The notes beneath the pieces are model-generated. The model did not search any database and had not been told where the DNA came from. It saw only the letters and a program-made list of their open reading frames with translations. Both the position numbers and the translations under genes were made by a program. A stretch of 64,000 bases of DNA from NCBI GenBank assembly GCA_963828665.1, contig CAWHFL010000011.1, forward strand, positions 156,550-220,549, in the 5' to 3' direction. This document shows, piece after piece, positions 44,572-52,390 of this stretch; within the stretch, counting starts at the first letter, position 1; each line of letters opens with the position of its first letter. Source of the stretch: an uncultured beta proteobacterium (GTDB lineage: Bacteria; Pseudomonadota; Gammaproteobacteria; Burkholderiales; Casimicrobiaceae).

Positions 44572-44711
44572 TCCGCGCGTCGGGTCTTCGCCATCGTCCC
44601 CCGGCGCGAGTGCGGCATGCTCGAGCTTGCCGGGAATCGTGCGCGCCGAACGCGATCTCTAGCGCGCACGCATCGGAAGGCGCAAGAGCTCTTCCGGCGG
44701 GTTACCTTGGA

Positions 44712-45059
44712 GTGAAACCTCGGGTCCAGTTTCGCCTGCGCATCAGTCAGGGCGAGGAGATCGCCGTCGGCCCGGGCAAGGTCGATCTGCTCGAGGCCAT
44801 TGACGCCGCCGGCTCGATCACGGCGGCAGCGCGATCGCTCGGCATGTCGTATCGCCGCGCCTGGCTTCTGGTCGACACGATGAATCGGTGTTTCCGGACG
44901 CCGCTGGTCGAGGCCGAGGCCGGAGGCAAGCGCGGCGGCGGCGCCCGCCTGACTCGGCTCGGCAGTGAAGTGATCGAACGCTACCGCCGGATCCAGCGCC
45001 GCGCCGAGCGTGCGGGCGCGGCAGACATCCGCGCACTGATGCGAAAGCTCGCGGGCTAG
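44712..45059 (+). CDS. modE: ModE-like winged-helix regulator, N-terminal DNA-binding domain only
   Basis: GPGKVDLLEAIDAAGSITAAARSLGMSYRRAWLLVDTMN matches the ModE/LysR-type HTH. The protein is at most 149 aa, so there is no room for the di-Mop molybdate-binding domain. Start guessed at GTG 44712. Confidence 0.7.
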   Translation: MKPRVQFRLRISQGEEIAVGPGKVDLLEAIDAAGSITAAARSLGMSYRRAWLLVDTMNRCFRTPLVEAEAGGKRGGGARLTRLGSEVIERYRRIQRRAERAGAADIRALMRKLAG

Positions 45060-46144
45060 GCGTATCCGACGCTGCGCCGGTCGAGCGACACCGCCTTGAT
45101 CAGCGCATAGACTTGCTGCCCTTCGCGCAGCGCGAGCTCGTGCGCCGACCGGCGCGTGATGCGTGCCGCAAGCGGCAGCTGCCCGGCCCTCAGCTGCACG
45201 TCGACGATCGGGCCTTCTTCGGAGGCGATCGCGACCAGCGTCGCCGGCAGCACGTTGAGCACGCTCAAACCAGCCGGGCGCGCCAGCGCGAGTGCCACGT
45301 CGCGCGCTCGGATGCGAACGCGGACTCTTTCGCCGACCAGCGCCTCGACGTTGGGCACAATCAGCTCGCCGCCTTCGAAGCGCAGTGTGGTGAGGCCGTA
45401 GACAAGATCGTGCGCAGCGACGACGGTCTCGAACACCGAGCCCGATTCGTAGCGACCGGTGTGGGGTCGCAGATCGGTCCGGCCCATCACCTCCTCGACC
45501 GGCCCCGAAGCCAGCGCCCTGCCGTCGGCGAGGAGCACGACCGTATCGGCCAGGCGGGTGATCTCGCCGACCGCGTGACTCACGTACACGATCGGAATAT
45601 GCAGATCATCGCGCAGCTGCTCGATGTAGCGCAGCACCTCGCTTTGCCGCGGCACGTCGAGCGAAGCGAGCGGCTCGTCCATCAGCAGCAGCCGCGGCTG
45701 CGCGAGCAGCGCGCGGCCGATCGCCACCCGCTGTTTTTCGCCGCCCGAGAGCTTGTCGGGCAGGCGACCTAGCAGCGACTTGAGTCCGAGCAGCTGGATG
45801 ACATGGGCCGGGTCGATGACACGCGCGGCGGCAGGCACGCGACGCAACCCGTACAGCAGGTTGGACTCGACGTCGAGGTGCGGGAAAAGCAGCCCGTCCT
45901 GGAATACGTAGCCGAGGCGCCGCTTGTCGGGCGGCAGGTCGATGCCGCGCGCGCTGTCGAACAGCGTTTCTGCGTTGATGATGATGTGTCCGCGATGCGG
46001 GCGGCTGGTGCCGGCGAGCGCGTTGACGAGGCTGGTCTTGCCCGAGCCCGAGCGGCCGAACAGCCCGACGATCGGCGCCTCGGCGCGAAACGCGACTTTG
46101 AGCTCGAACGTACCCAGGCGCTGCTCGATATCAACGTCGATCAT
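45056..46144 (-). CDS. modC: Molybdate ABC transporter ATP-binding protein
   Basis: 362 aa with Walker A GRSGSGKTSL, LSGGEKQRVAIGRAL, and a C-terminal TOBE/Mop-like domain. Its stop shares the CTAG tetramer with the modE-like stop. Confidence 0.9.
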   Translation of the reverse strand: MIDVDIEQRLGTFELKVAFRAEAPIVGLFGRSGSGKTSLVNALAGTSRPHRGHIIINAETLFDSARGIDLPPDKRRLGYVFQDGLLFPHLDVESNLLYGLRRVPAAARVIDPAHVIQLLGLKSLLGRLPDKLSGGEKQRVAIGRALLAQPRLLLMDEPLASLDVPRQSEVLRYIEQLRDDLHIPIVYVSHAVGEITRLADTVVLLADGRALASGPVEEVMGRTDLRPHTGRYESGSVFETVVAAHDLVYGLTTLRFEGGELIVPNVEALVGERVRVRIRARDVALALARPAGLSVLNVLPATLVAIASEEGPIVDVQLRAGQLPLAARITRRSAHELALREGQQVYALIKAVSLDRRSVGYA

Positions 46145-46829
46145 CGCCGCCTTTCGACTTGCGCGATCGCCGCGTCAGCCATTCCGAAGCGATCAGCGCC
46201 GCGATCGACAGGACCACGGCGAACAGCGACAGACGCAGCGCCTGCGCATCTCCGCCGGGCGTTTGCACGAACGTGTAGATCGCCAGCGGCAGCGTTTCGG
46301 TCTCGCCGGGAATGTTGGACACGAAGGTGATCGTCGCACCGAATTCGCCGAGGCTGCGCGCGAACGAGAGCAGCGCGCCGGTGACGATGCCGGGCATCGC
46401 CAGCGGCAGCGTGATCGATACGAACACCCAGGCGCGCGAGCCGCCAAGCGTCCGCGCGACGGTTTCGAGGCGGCGGTCGATGGCGGCGATCGACAGCCGG
46501 ATCGCGCGCACGATCAACGGAAAGCCCATGATCGCGGCCGCGAGTGCAGCGCCCGTCCAGCGGAACGCAAATACGATGCCGAACCAGTCGGCGAGCCAAG
46601 CGCCGAAAACGCCGTGCCTGCCGAAGAGCAGCAGCAGGGCAAAGCCGACGACGACCGGCGGTAGCACCAGCGGCAGGTGAACGAGCGCATCGAGCATCGT
46701 CTTGCCGGGAAAATCGGCGCGCGCGAGAACGTAGCCGAAGAAAATCGCCGGCGGCAGGCTGAAGACGACGCCGACTAGCGCCACTTTGAGGCTGAGGACG
46801 ATGATGCCGAATTCGGCGCCGCTCGGCAT
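46131..46829 (-). CDS. modB: Molybdate ABC transporter permease
   Basis: 232 aa with the EAA-loop region ARSLGEFGATITF, typical of CysT/ModB-type permeases. Confidence 0.9.
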   Translation of the reverse strand: MPSGAEFGIIVLSLKVALVGVVFSLPPAIFFGYVLARADFPGKTMLDALVHLPLVLPPVVVGFALLLLFGRHGVFGAWLADWFGIVFAFRWTGAALAAAIMGFPLIVRAIRLSIAAIDRRLETVARTLGGSRAWVFVSITLPLAMPGIVTGALLSFARSLGEFGATITFVSNIPGETETLPLAIYTFVQTPGGDAQALRLSLFAVVLSIAALIASEWLTRRSRKSKGGDDRR

Positions 46830-46835
46830 CGCGGC

Positions 46836-47606
46836 CTAGTTCGCCATCGTGAAGCCGTGCTGCTGCCAGACGGTCCGTGCTGCGGGCGACCCCAGGGCGA
46901 CGATGAAGCGCTGCGCGTAGGGCGAGCGGCTGGCGGCGATGATCGCGACCGGGTAGACGATCGGTGCGTGCGTGCTCTCAGGGAACGTGTCGACGACGCG
47001 CACCTTGGGCTCCGCCAGCGCATCGGTCGCGTACACGATGCCGAACGGCGCCTCGCCGCGCGCCACCAGCAGCAACGCGGCGCGCACGTTTTCGGCGCGC
47101 GCGAGCCGCGACTCGATGCCTGGCCACACGTTAAGCGCGCGCAGCGCATCCCGGCCGTACTTTCCTGCCGGAACACTGTCCGGATTAGCCATCGCCAGGC
47201 GTCCGGTCCCGAGTGCGGCAGCAAGTTCGAACCCCGGCGCTATTCGCAGCGCTACCGTCGAATCGGCAGGCGCGATGAGCACCAAGCGGTTGCGCAGCAG
47301 GTTGATGCGGGTCGTATCTCGAATGAGCTTGCGTTGGTCCAGATAGTCGAGCCAATCGACGTCGGCAGACAGGAAAACGTCGGCTGGCGCGCCCGCCTCG
47401 ACTTGCTTCGCCAGCGCGTTACTTCCCGCGTACGCGACGACGACTTTACTGCCGGTGGCGGTCTCGAATCTGGCGACCTGGCCGTCCAGCGCTTCCTTGA
47501 GGCTCGCGGCGGCGAAAACGGTCAGATCGGCACCGTGCGCCGCCCCGATCGGCGTCGCAAGCGTCAGGCCGATCGCGACGGTGAGTGCCGCCCACAGGTT
47601 CCGCAT
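46836..47606 (-). CDS. modA: Molybdate ABC transporter periplasmic binding protein
   Basis: MRNLWAALTVAIGLTLATPIGAAHG signal peptide, then DLTVFAAASLKEALD and VVVAYAGSNALAKQ. The track ORF was trimmed to the ATG at 47606. Confidence 0.9.
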   Translation of the reverse strand: MRNLWAALTVAIGLTLATPIGAAHGADLTVFAAASLKEALDGQVARFETATGSKVVVAYAGSNALAKQVEAGAPADVFLSADVDWLDYLDQRKLIRDTTRINLLRNRLVLIAPADSTVALRIAPGFELAAALGTGRLAMANPDSVPAGKYGRDALRALNVWPGIESRLARAENVRAALLLVARGEAPFGIVYATDALAEPKVRVVDTFPESTHAPIVYPVAIIAASRSPYAQRFIVALGSPAARTVWQQHGFTMAN

Positions 47607-47634
47607 CCTTGGTTTCGCATAGTGCGCTGGAGGG

Positions 47635-47662
47635 ACAGTAATATACCGTGGGATATAACGGT
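47635..47662 (-). promoter_or_regulatory. ModE-type operator upstream of modA
   Basis: The minus strand reads ACCGTTATATC-CCACGG-TATATTACTGT. This resembles the E. coli-type ModE consensus as I recall it (atCGcTATATA-N6-TATATAaCGat). Lies 29-56 nt upstream of the modA ATG. Confidence 0.5.
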
Positions 47663-47702
47663 GGGCAATCTCCCGCGACAAGCGGACAGAGCGCGCGGTT
47701 GC

Positions 47703-48530
47703 TCATGCATTGGAGTCGCCGGCGTTCGGATAGAACAACTGCTCACCGTTGATCTTGTAGCCGGCGATCGCCGCCTGCCCGGCCGGTGAGATGAGCCAGT
47801 CGACGAACTGCTGCCCGAGCTCTTTTTTCACGCTCGGATGCTTGACTGGATTCACCAGCATCACGCCGTACTGGTTGAACAGGCGCTTGTCGCCTTCCAC
47901 CAGTATCGTGAGATCGCCGCGATTTTTGAACGCGAGCCAGGTGCCGCGGTCGGCGAGAATGTAGGCATTCATCGAGGCCGCAGTGTTGAGCGCCGGGCCC
48001 ATCCCCTGGCCGACGTCGCGATACCATGGCCCCTTGCTCTTGTCGAGGTCGATACCGGCGACCTTCCACAGTGCGAGCTCCGCCATGTGCGTCCCGCTGC
48101 GATCGCCGCGCGAGACAAACGGCACGTGGTCGGCCTCGAGTTTCCTCATCGCCACGACGATGTCCTTGCCGCCACCGATTTTCGCCGGGTCGCCTTTCGG
48201 TCCGATCAGCACGAAGTCGTTGTACATCACCGGAAAGCGCTTCACGCCTTCGCCTTCGGCGAGAAATTTCCCCTCCGCCGAGCGCGCGTGCACGAAGACG
48301 ACGTCGGCGTCGCCCCGCCGCGCGACGTCAAGCGCCTGACCCGTGCCGAGCGCGACGACGTGGACCTTGATGCCGGTTTTGCTCTCGAAAATCGGCAGCA
48401 GGTAGCCGAACAGGCCGGACTGCTCGGTGGACGTGGTCGAGGCCACGGTGATGAAGCGTTCCTGCGCGGCGGACGCGAATGCGGCAATCACCAGCAGGAC
48501 GAAAAGGCAAGCGCGGCGGGTCATTACCAT
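47703..48530 (-). CDS. tupA: Tungstate/oxyanion ABC transporter substrate-binding protein (TupA-like)
   Basis: Signal peptide, then ITVASTTSTEQSGLFGYLLP (TTS motif of the TupA family), and GDADVVFVHA. Confidence 0.8.
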   Translation of the reverse strand: MVMTRRACLFVLLVIAAFASAAQERFITVASTTSTEQSGLFGYLLPIFESKTGIKVHVVALGTGQALDVARRGDADVVFVHARSAEGKFLAEGEGVKRFPVMYNDFVLIGPKGDPAKIGGGKDIVVAMRKLEADHVPFVSRGDRSGTHMAELALWKVAGIDLDKSKGPWYRDVGQGMGPALNTAASMNAYILADRGTWLAFKNRGDLTILVEGDKRLFNQYGVMLVNPVKHPSVKKELGQQFVDWLISPAGQAAIAGYKINGEQLFYPNAGDSNA

Positions 48531-49264
48531 GGCAATTCTCCTTCGAGGAAACGTCTGGCTTCGGTGGACTGCGGATCCCGAAAAAAAGTCCGGGCGCTGG
48601 CGCGCTCGGCAATTTGTCCCTGATGCATGAACAGAATTTCATCGCCCAGGCGACGCGCCTGCCCCAGGTTGTGCGTCACTAACACGATCTTGGTGCCGGC
48701 CGAGGCCATTGCGAGGATCACCTTCTCGATTTCGTGCGTCGCACCCGGATCCAGGCTCGCGGTCGGCTCGTCGAGAAATATGATCTCGGGCTGCAATGCC
48801 CAGGCGCGTGCGAGCGCAAGGCGCTGCTGCTCGCCTCCCGAAAGCACGCGCGCCGGGTGCGCGGCGTGTCCCTCGAGACCCACCTTGCGCAGCGCTTCGC
48901 GAGCGCGCTCGCTGCGATTCCGTCGCGGCACGCGGCCGATGCCCAATGCGTGCGCGACATTGGCGAGCGCCGATCGTCGCAGCAGGACCGGCCGCTGGAA
49001 CACCATCGCCTGCCGGCGCGGCGCGCCGCTCGTCTCGGGGGCGTTCCAGAGGATCGCACCGGACGTCGGCGACAACAGGCCGTGGCAGAGGCGCAGCAGG
49101 ACGCTCTTGCCAGCACCGTTGGGTCCGACGATCACGGTGCGGGAACCCGCGCTGATCGTCAGCGAGACGTCGTCGATGATCCGGCGTCCGCCTGCCGCGA
49201 ACACCAATCGATCCAGCCGCAGCGGCAACAATGCCATAGGCGCACGCATATCCATCGGCGTCAC
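48524..49264 (-). CDS. tupC: ABC transporter ATP-binding protein (TupC-like)
   Basis: Walker A GPNGAGKSVL, LSGGEQQRLALARA and Walker B IIFLDEP. The GTG start overlaps the tupB stop. Confidence 0.8.
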   Translation of the reverse strand: MTPMDMRAPMALLPLRLDRLVFAAGGRRIIDDVSLTISAGSRTVIVGPNGAGKSVLLRLCHGLLSPTSGAILWNAPETSGAPRRQAMVFQRPVLLRRSALANVAHALGIGRVPRRNRSERAREALRKVGLEGHAAHPARVLSGGEQQRLALARAWALQPEIIFLDEPTASLDPGATHEIEKVILAMASAGTKIVLVTHNLGQARRLGDEILFMHQGQIAERASARTFFRDPQSTEARRFLEGELPW

Positions 49265-49965
49265 CCGTACCGCCGCTGTGCCGTTTCTTTGACTGCGTAC
49301 GCGGCGGCGTTGAGCGCGACGACGATAGTCACCAGAATGATGCCGAGGCCAAGCGCAAGCGGCAGGTCTCCCTTGCTGGTTTCGAGCGCGATCGCGGTAG
49401 TCATCACGCGCGTGACCCCGTCGATGTTGCCGCCGACGATGATCACCGCGCCGACTTCGGCGGCCGCCCGGCCGAAGCCGGCCAGCACAATAGTCACCAG
49501 CGAAAAGCGCAGATCCCAGAGCAGCGTCGTCACCGAGCCGAGTCGGGTCTCGCCCAGCGAGCGAAGCTGCTCGCGATATTCGAACCAGGAGTCTTCGACC
49601 ACCTGTCGCGTGAGCGCGGCGATGATCGGCGTGATCAGGATCGCCTGTGCGATCACCATCGCCGCGGGGGTGAACAACAGCCCCATCGCGCCGAGCGGGC
49701 CGGCGCGCGAAAGCAGCAGGTAGACCAGCAGCCCGACGACGACCGGTGGCAGGCCCATCAGCGCGTTCAGCAGAACGATCGTCGTGCGCCGGGCGGGAAA
49801 GCGACTGACGGCGATCAGCGCTCCGAGCGGCAGGCCGAGGATGCTGGCGATGGCCACGGCGGTCAGACTGACCTGCAGGCTCAAGACCACAATGTCGCCC
49901 AGCCGCGGGTCAAGCGACGCGACCAGATGCCAAGCTTGGGCCAGGGCCGCAGGAAGGCTGCTCAT
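49261..49965 (-). CDS. tupB: ABC transporter permease (TupB-like)
   Basis: 234-aa multipass permease, first gene of the tupBCA unit. Confidence 0.8.
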   Translation of the reverse strand: MSSLPAALAQAWHLVASLDPRLGDIVVLSLQVSLTAVAIASILGLPLGALIAVSRFPARRTTIVLLNALMGLPPVVVGLLVYLLLSRAGPLGAMGLLFTPAAMVIAQAILITPIIAALTRQVVEDSWFEYREQLRSLGETRLGSVTTLLWDLRFSLVTIVLAGFGRAAAEVGAVIIVGGNIDGVTRVMTTAIALETSKGDLPLALGLGIILVTIVVALNAAAYAVKETAQRRYG

Positions 49966-49981
49966 CGAGCGTTGGGCAAGC

Positions 49982-50009
49982 TTTGATTGATATGCACAAA
50001 TATACCGAT
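49982..50009 (-). promoter_or_regulatory. ModE-type operator-like element upstream of tupB
   Basis: The minus strand reads ATCGGTATATT-TGTGCA-TATCAATCAAA. The left half matches the recalled ModE half-site at 9/10 defined positions; the right half is weak. Confidence 0.4.
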
Positions 50010-50024
50010 GCTAGATCTGGCAAC

Positions 50025-50050
50025 TATCATCTTGCAGATTCAAGATGATA
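50025..50050. repeat. Perfect 10-bp inverted repeat with 6-bp spacer (TATCATCTTG-cagatt-CAAGATGATA)
   Basis: Read directly from the sequence. It sits in the AT-rich tupB-gshB divergent intergenic region. Confidence 0.85.
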
Positions 50051-50188
50051 AGTCGAGGCAGCGAGCGGTCAAACAGGCAAGAGTGTGCCTAAATAGGCTC
50101 GCTCGCTCAAGGCCGCAGGCAAGGCGGCGCCGTCGGGGCATCGGTGATTTACGGTACGATGGGCGCCCGCGAAGCGACGCCTTAGCCG

Positions 50189-51136
50189 ATGGAATTTGCG
50201 TTCATCATCGATCCGCCCGAATGGCTGAAGGCCTACAAGGACACAAGCATCTCGATGATGCGTGCCCTGCGGGCGCGCGGGCATACCGTCTACCTGACCG
50301 AGCCCAGGGAGCTCTTCTGGCGCGCGGCTGTGACGCAGGCGCGGTTGCGCCGCATCGAAGTCCGCGCCGACGATCACGACTGGTATCGCGCCGCCGAGCC
50401 CGAAACGCGGCCGCTCGCCTCGTTCGCCGCCGTGCTGATGCGCAAGGATCCTCCGTTCGACATGGAGTACGTCTACTCGACTTACCTGCTCGAGGCGGCG
50501 GAGCGCGAAGGAGCCTACGTCATCAACGGCCCTCGCGCGATACGCGACCACAACGAAAAGTGGGCGATTGCCGAGTTTCCCCAGTTCACCGTGCCGACGC
50601 TGGTGACGCGCGACCCGGAGCTCATCGCCGGCTTCATCGACGAGCATGGCGACGTCATCCTGAAGCCGCTGGACGGCATGGGCGGATCGTCGATCTTTCG
50701 CGTGCGCGGCGACGACGTCAACCGCAACGTGATCGTCGAGACGATGGCCCACTTCGGTGCGCGCAGCGTCATGGCGCAGCGATTCATCCCCGAGATCGTC
50801 GACGGCGACAAGCGCATCATCCTCATCGACGGGAAGCCGGTGCCGCATGCGCTCGCGCGCATCCCCAAGGCCGGGGAGACGCGCGGCAACCTGGCGGCAG
50901 GCGGCCGTGGGGTGGCGCGTCCGCTCACCGCGCGTGACCGCGAGATCGCCGAAACGATCGGGCGGGCGCTCGCGCCCAAGGGCCTTTTCGTTATCGGGCT
51001 CGACGTGATCGGCGACTACCTGACCGAGGTCAACGTCACCAGCCCGACCGGGTTTGTCGAGATCAGCCAGCAGACCGGATTCGACGTCGCCGAAGCCTTC
51101 GCGCAAGCGCTGGAAAACAGCGTGGGCGCGCGCTAG
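50189..51136 (+). CDS. gshB: Glutathione synthetase
   Basis: 315 aa, MEFAFIIDPPEWLKAYKDTSISMMRALRARGH, with an ATP-grasp C-terminal half (ILKPLDGMGGSSIFRV). Confidence 0.93.
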   Translation: MEFAFIIDPPEWLKAYKDTSISMMRALRARGHTVYLTEPRELFWRAAVTQARLRRIEVRADDHDWYRAAEPETRPLASFAAVLMRKDPPFDMEYVYSTYLLEAAEREGAYVINGPRAIRDHNEKWAIAEFPQFTVPTLVTRDPELIAGFIDEHGDVILKPLDGMGGSSIFRVRGDDVNRNVIVETMAHFGARSVMAQRFIPEIVDGDKRIILIDGKPVPHALARIPKAGETRGNLAAGGRGVARPLTARDREIAETIGRALAPKGLFVIGLDVIGDYLTEVNVTSPTGFVEISQQTGFDVAEAFAQALENSVGAR

Positions 51137-51278
51137 CGGCCCGGGCCGCGTCGGGCCTGCCGCGCATCGACGCGTGCTAAGATAAAGCTACCCGTACGGG
51201 CGAGAGGCACTCCGGTCGGGGCCAATGACAAATGCCGCGGGATACACTCAGGGCACGCGCCGCCAGGGGAAACACAGC

Positions 51279-51692
51279 ATGATCGGCATCCTCATCGTCG
51301 CCCACGGCACCTTGAGCGACGCCCTGATCGGGGCTGTGACCCATGTTCTCGGCAGCCGGCCGCCCCAGTTCGAGGGTATGCGCGTCGCCGCCGGTGACGA
51401 TCCGCTGTCGCTGCTGCCGCGGGCGCGTGAGGTCGTCAAGTCGCTCGACAGCGGCGACGGCGTACTGATCTTCTCGGATATCTACGGCGCCTCGCCCTGC
51501 AATCTTGCGATCAAGATGTTGCAGCCGGGACGCGTCGAAGCCATCGCCGGCGTCAACCTGCCGATGCTGGTGCGCGCATTCACCTATCGCGGCAAGGGCA
51601 TGGACACGATGATCAAGAAGGCCATCAGCGGCGGCTGCGACGGGGTCGTTCGCGTCGAAGTGGACCCGGTCTATGCAGCAACGCGAAATTGA
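51279..51692 (+). CDS. PTS EIIA component, mannose/fructose family
   Basis: MIGILIVAHGTLSDAL (phospho-His loop), 137 aa from ATG 51279. Sits in the gshB-EIIA-HPr-EI arrangement known from Burkholderiales. Confidence 0.85.
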   Translation: MIGILIVAHGTLSDALIGAVTHVLGSRPPQFEGMRVAAGDDPLSLLPRAREVVKSLDSGDGVLIFSDIYGASPCNLAIKMLQPGRVEAIAGVNLPMLVRAFTYRGKGMDTMIKKAISGGCDGVVRVEVDPVYAATRN

Positions 51693-51942
51693 AATCGTCA
51701 ACCGGCTCGGATTGCACGCGCGCGCATCGGCCAAGCTGACGCAACTTGCAGCGAAATATCAATGCGATGTGTCGCTGGCGCGGAACGGCCGCAAGATCAA
51801 TGCCAAGAGCATCATGGGCGTGATGATGCTGGCGGCGGGCAAGGGGTCCCGCGTCGTGCTCGAGACCGACGGGCCCGACGAGGCTGAAGCGCTCGACGCG
51901 ATCACCGCGCTGATCGGCGATTATTTCGGCGAAGGGCAATGA
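51673..51942 (+). CDS. ptsH: Phosphocarrier protein HPr
   Basis: 89 aa with the His15 loop NRLGLHARAS and the Ser46 region NAKSIMGVMML. Shows a 20-nt overlap with the EIIA gene. Confidence 0.9.
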   Translation: MQQREIEIVNRLGLHARASAKLTQLAAKYQCDVSLARNGRKINAKSIMGVMMLAAGKGSRVVLETDGPDEAEALDAITALIGDYFGEGQ

Positions 51943-52104
51943 CGATCGGACGCCTCGCGCGCGAGAGCGTCGCCGATAGCCGACACATCGCGTTGCCTCA
52001 ATCGCGGAACCAAAGTCCGCGGCGCAGGATCAATGAACAGGCGCGCTCCCCGGCGCCAGCCAGGCGCGCAGGCTCATACTTCAACTGCGACGGGCATCCC
52101 GATC

Positions 52105-52374
52105 ATGCAAACTCTCGACATTGGCATCACCAACCGCTTGGGTCTTCATGCACGCGCGGCAGCACAGATTGTGCGTCTCGCGTCACAGTTCCGGTGCAGC
52201 GTCTGGCTGATCGTGAACGGACGGCGGGCGAGCGCCAGGAGCATGCTGGCGGTCATGATGCTCGCCGCCAGCGTGGGCAGCACGATCACGCTCGAAACCA
52301 GCGGCCCGGACGAGGCGGCCGCAATGGTCGCGATGGTGCAGCTGATCGGCGACGGGTTCGGCGAGACGCGTTAA
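52105..52374 (+). CDS. Second HPr-family phosphocarrier paralog
   Basis: 89 aa, MQTLDIGITNRLGLHARAAAQ...ARSMLAVMML...LETSGPDEAAAM. Roughly half of positions are identical to the upstream HPr by eye. The track ORF was trimmed to the ATG at 52105. Confidence 0.8.
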   Translation: MQTLDIGITNRLGLHARAAAQIVRLASQFRCSVWLIVNGRRASARSMLAVMMLAASVGSTITLETSGPDEAAAMVAMVQLIGDGFGETR

Positions 52375-52390
52375 CCCGGCGTCCCCGCCG

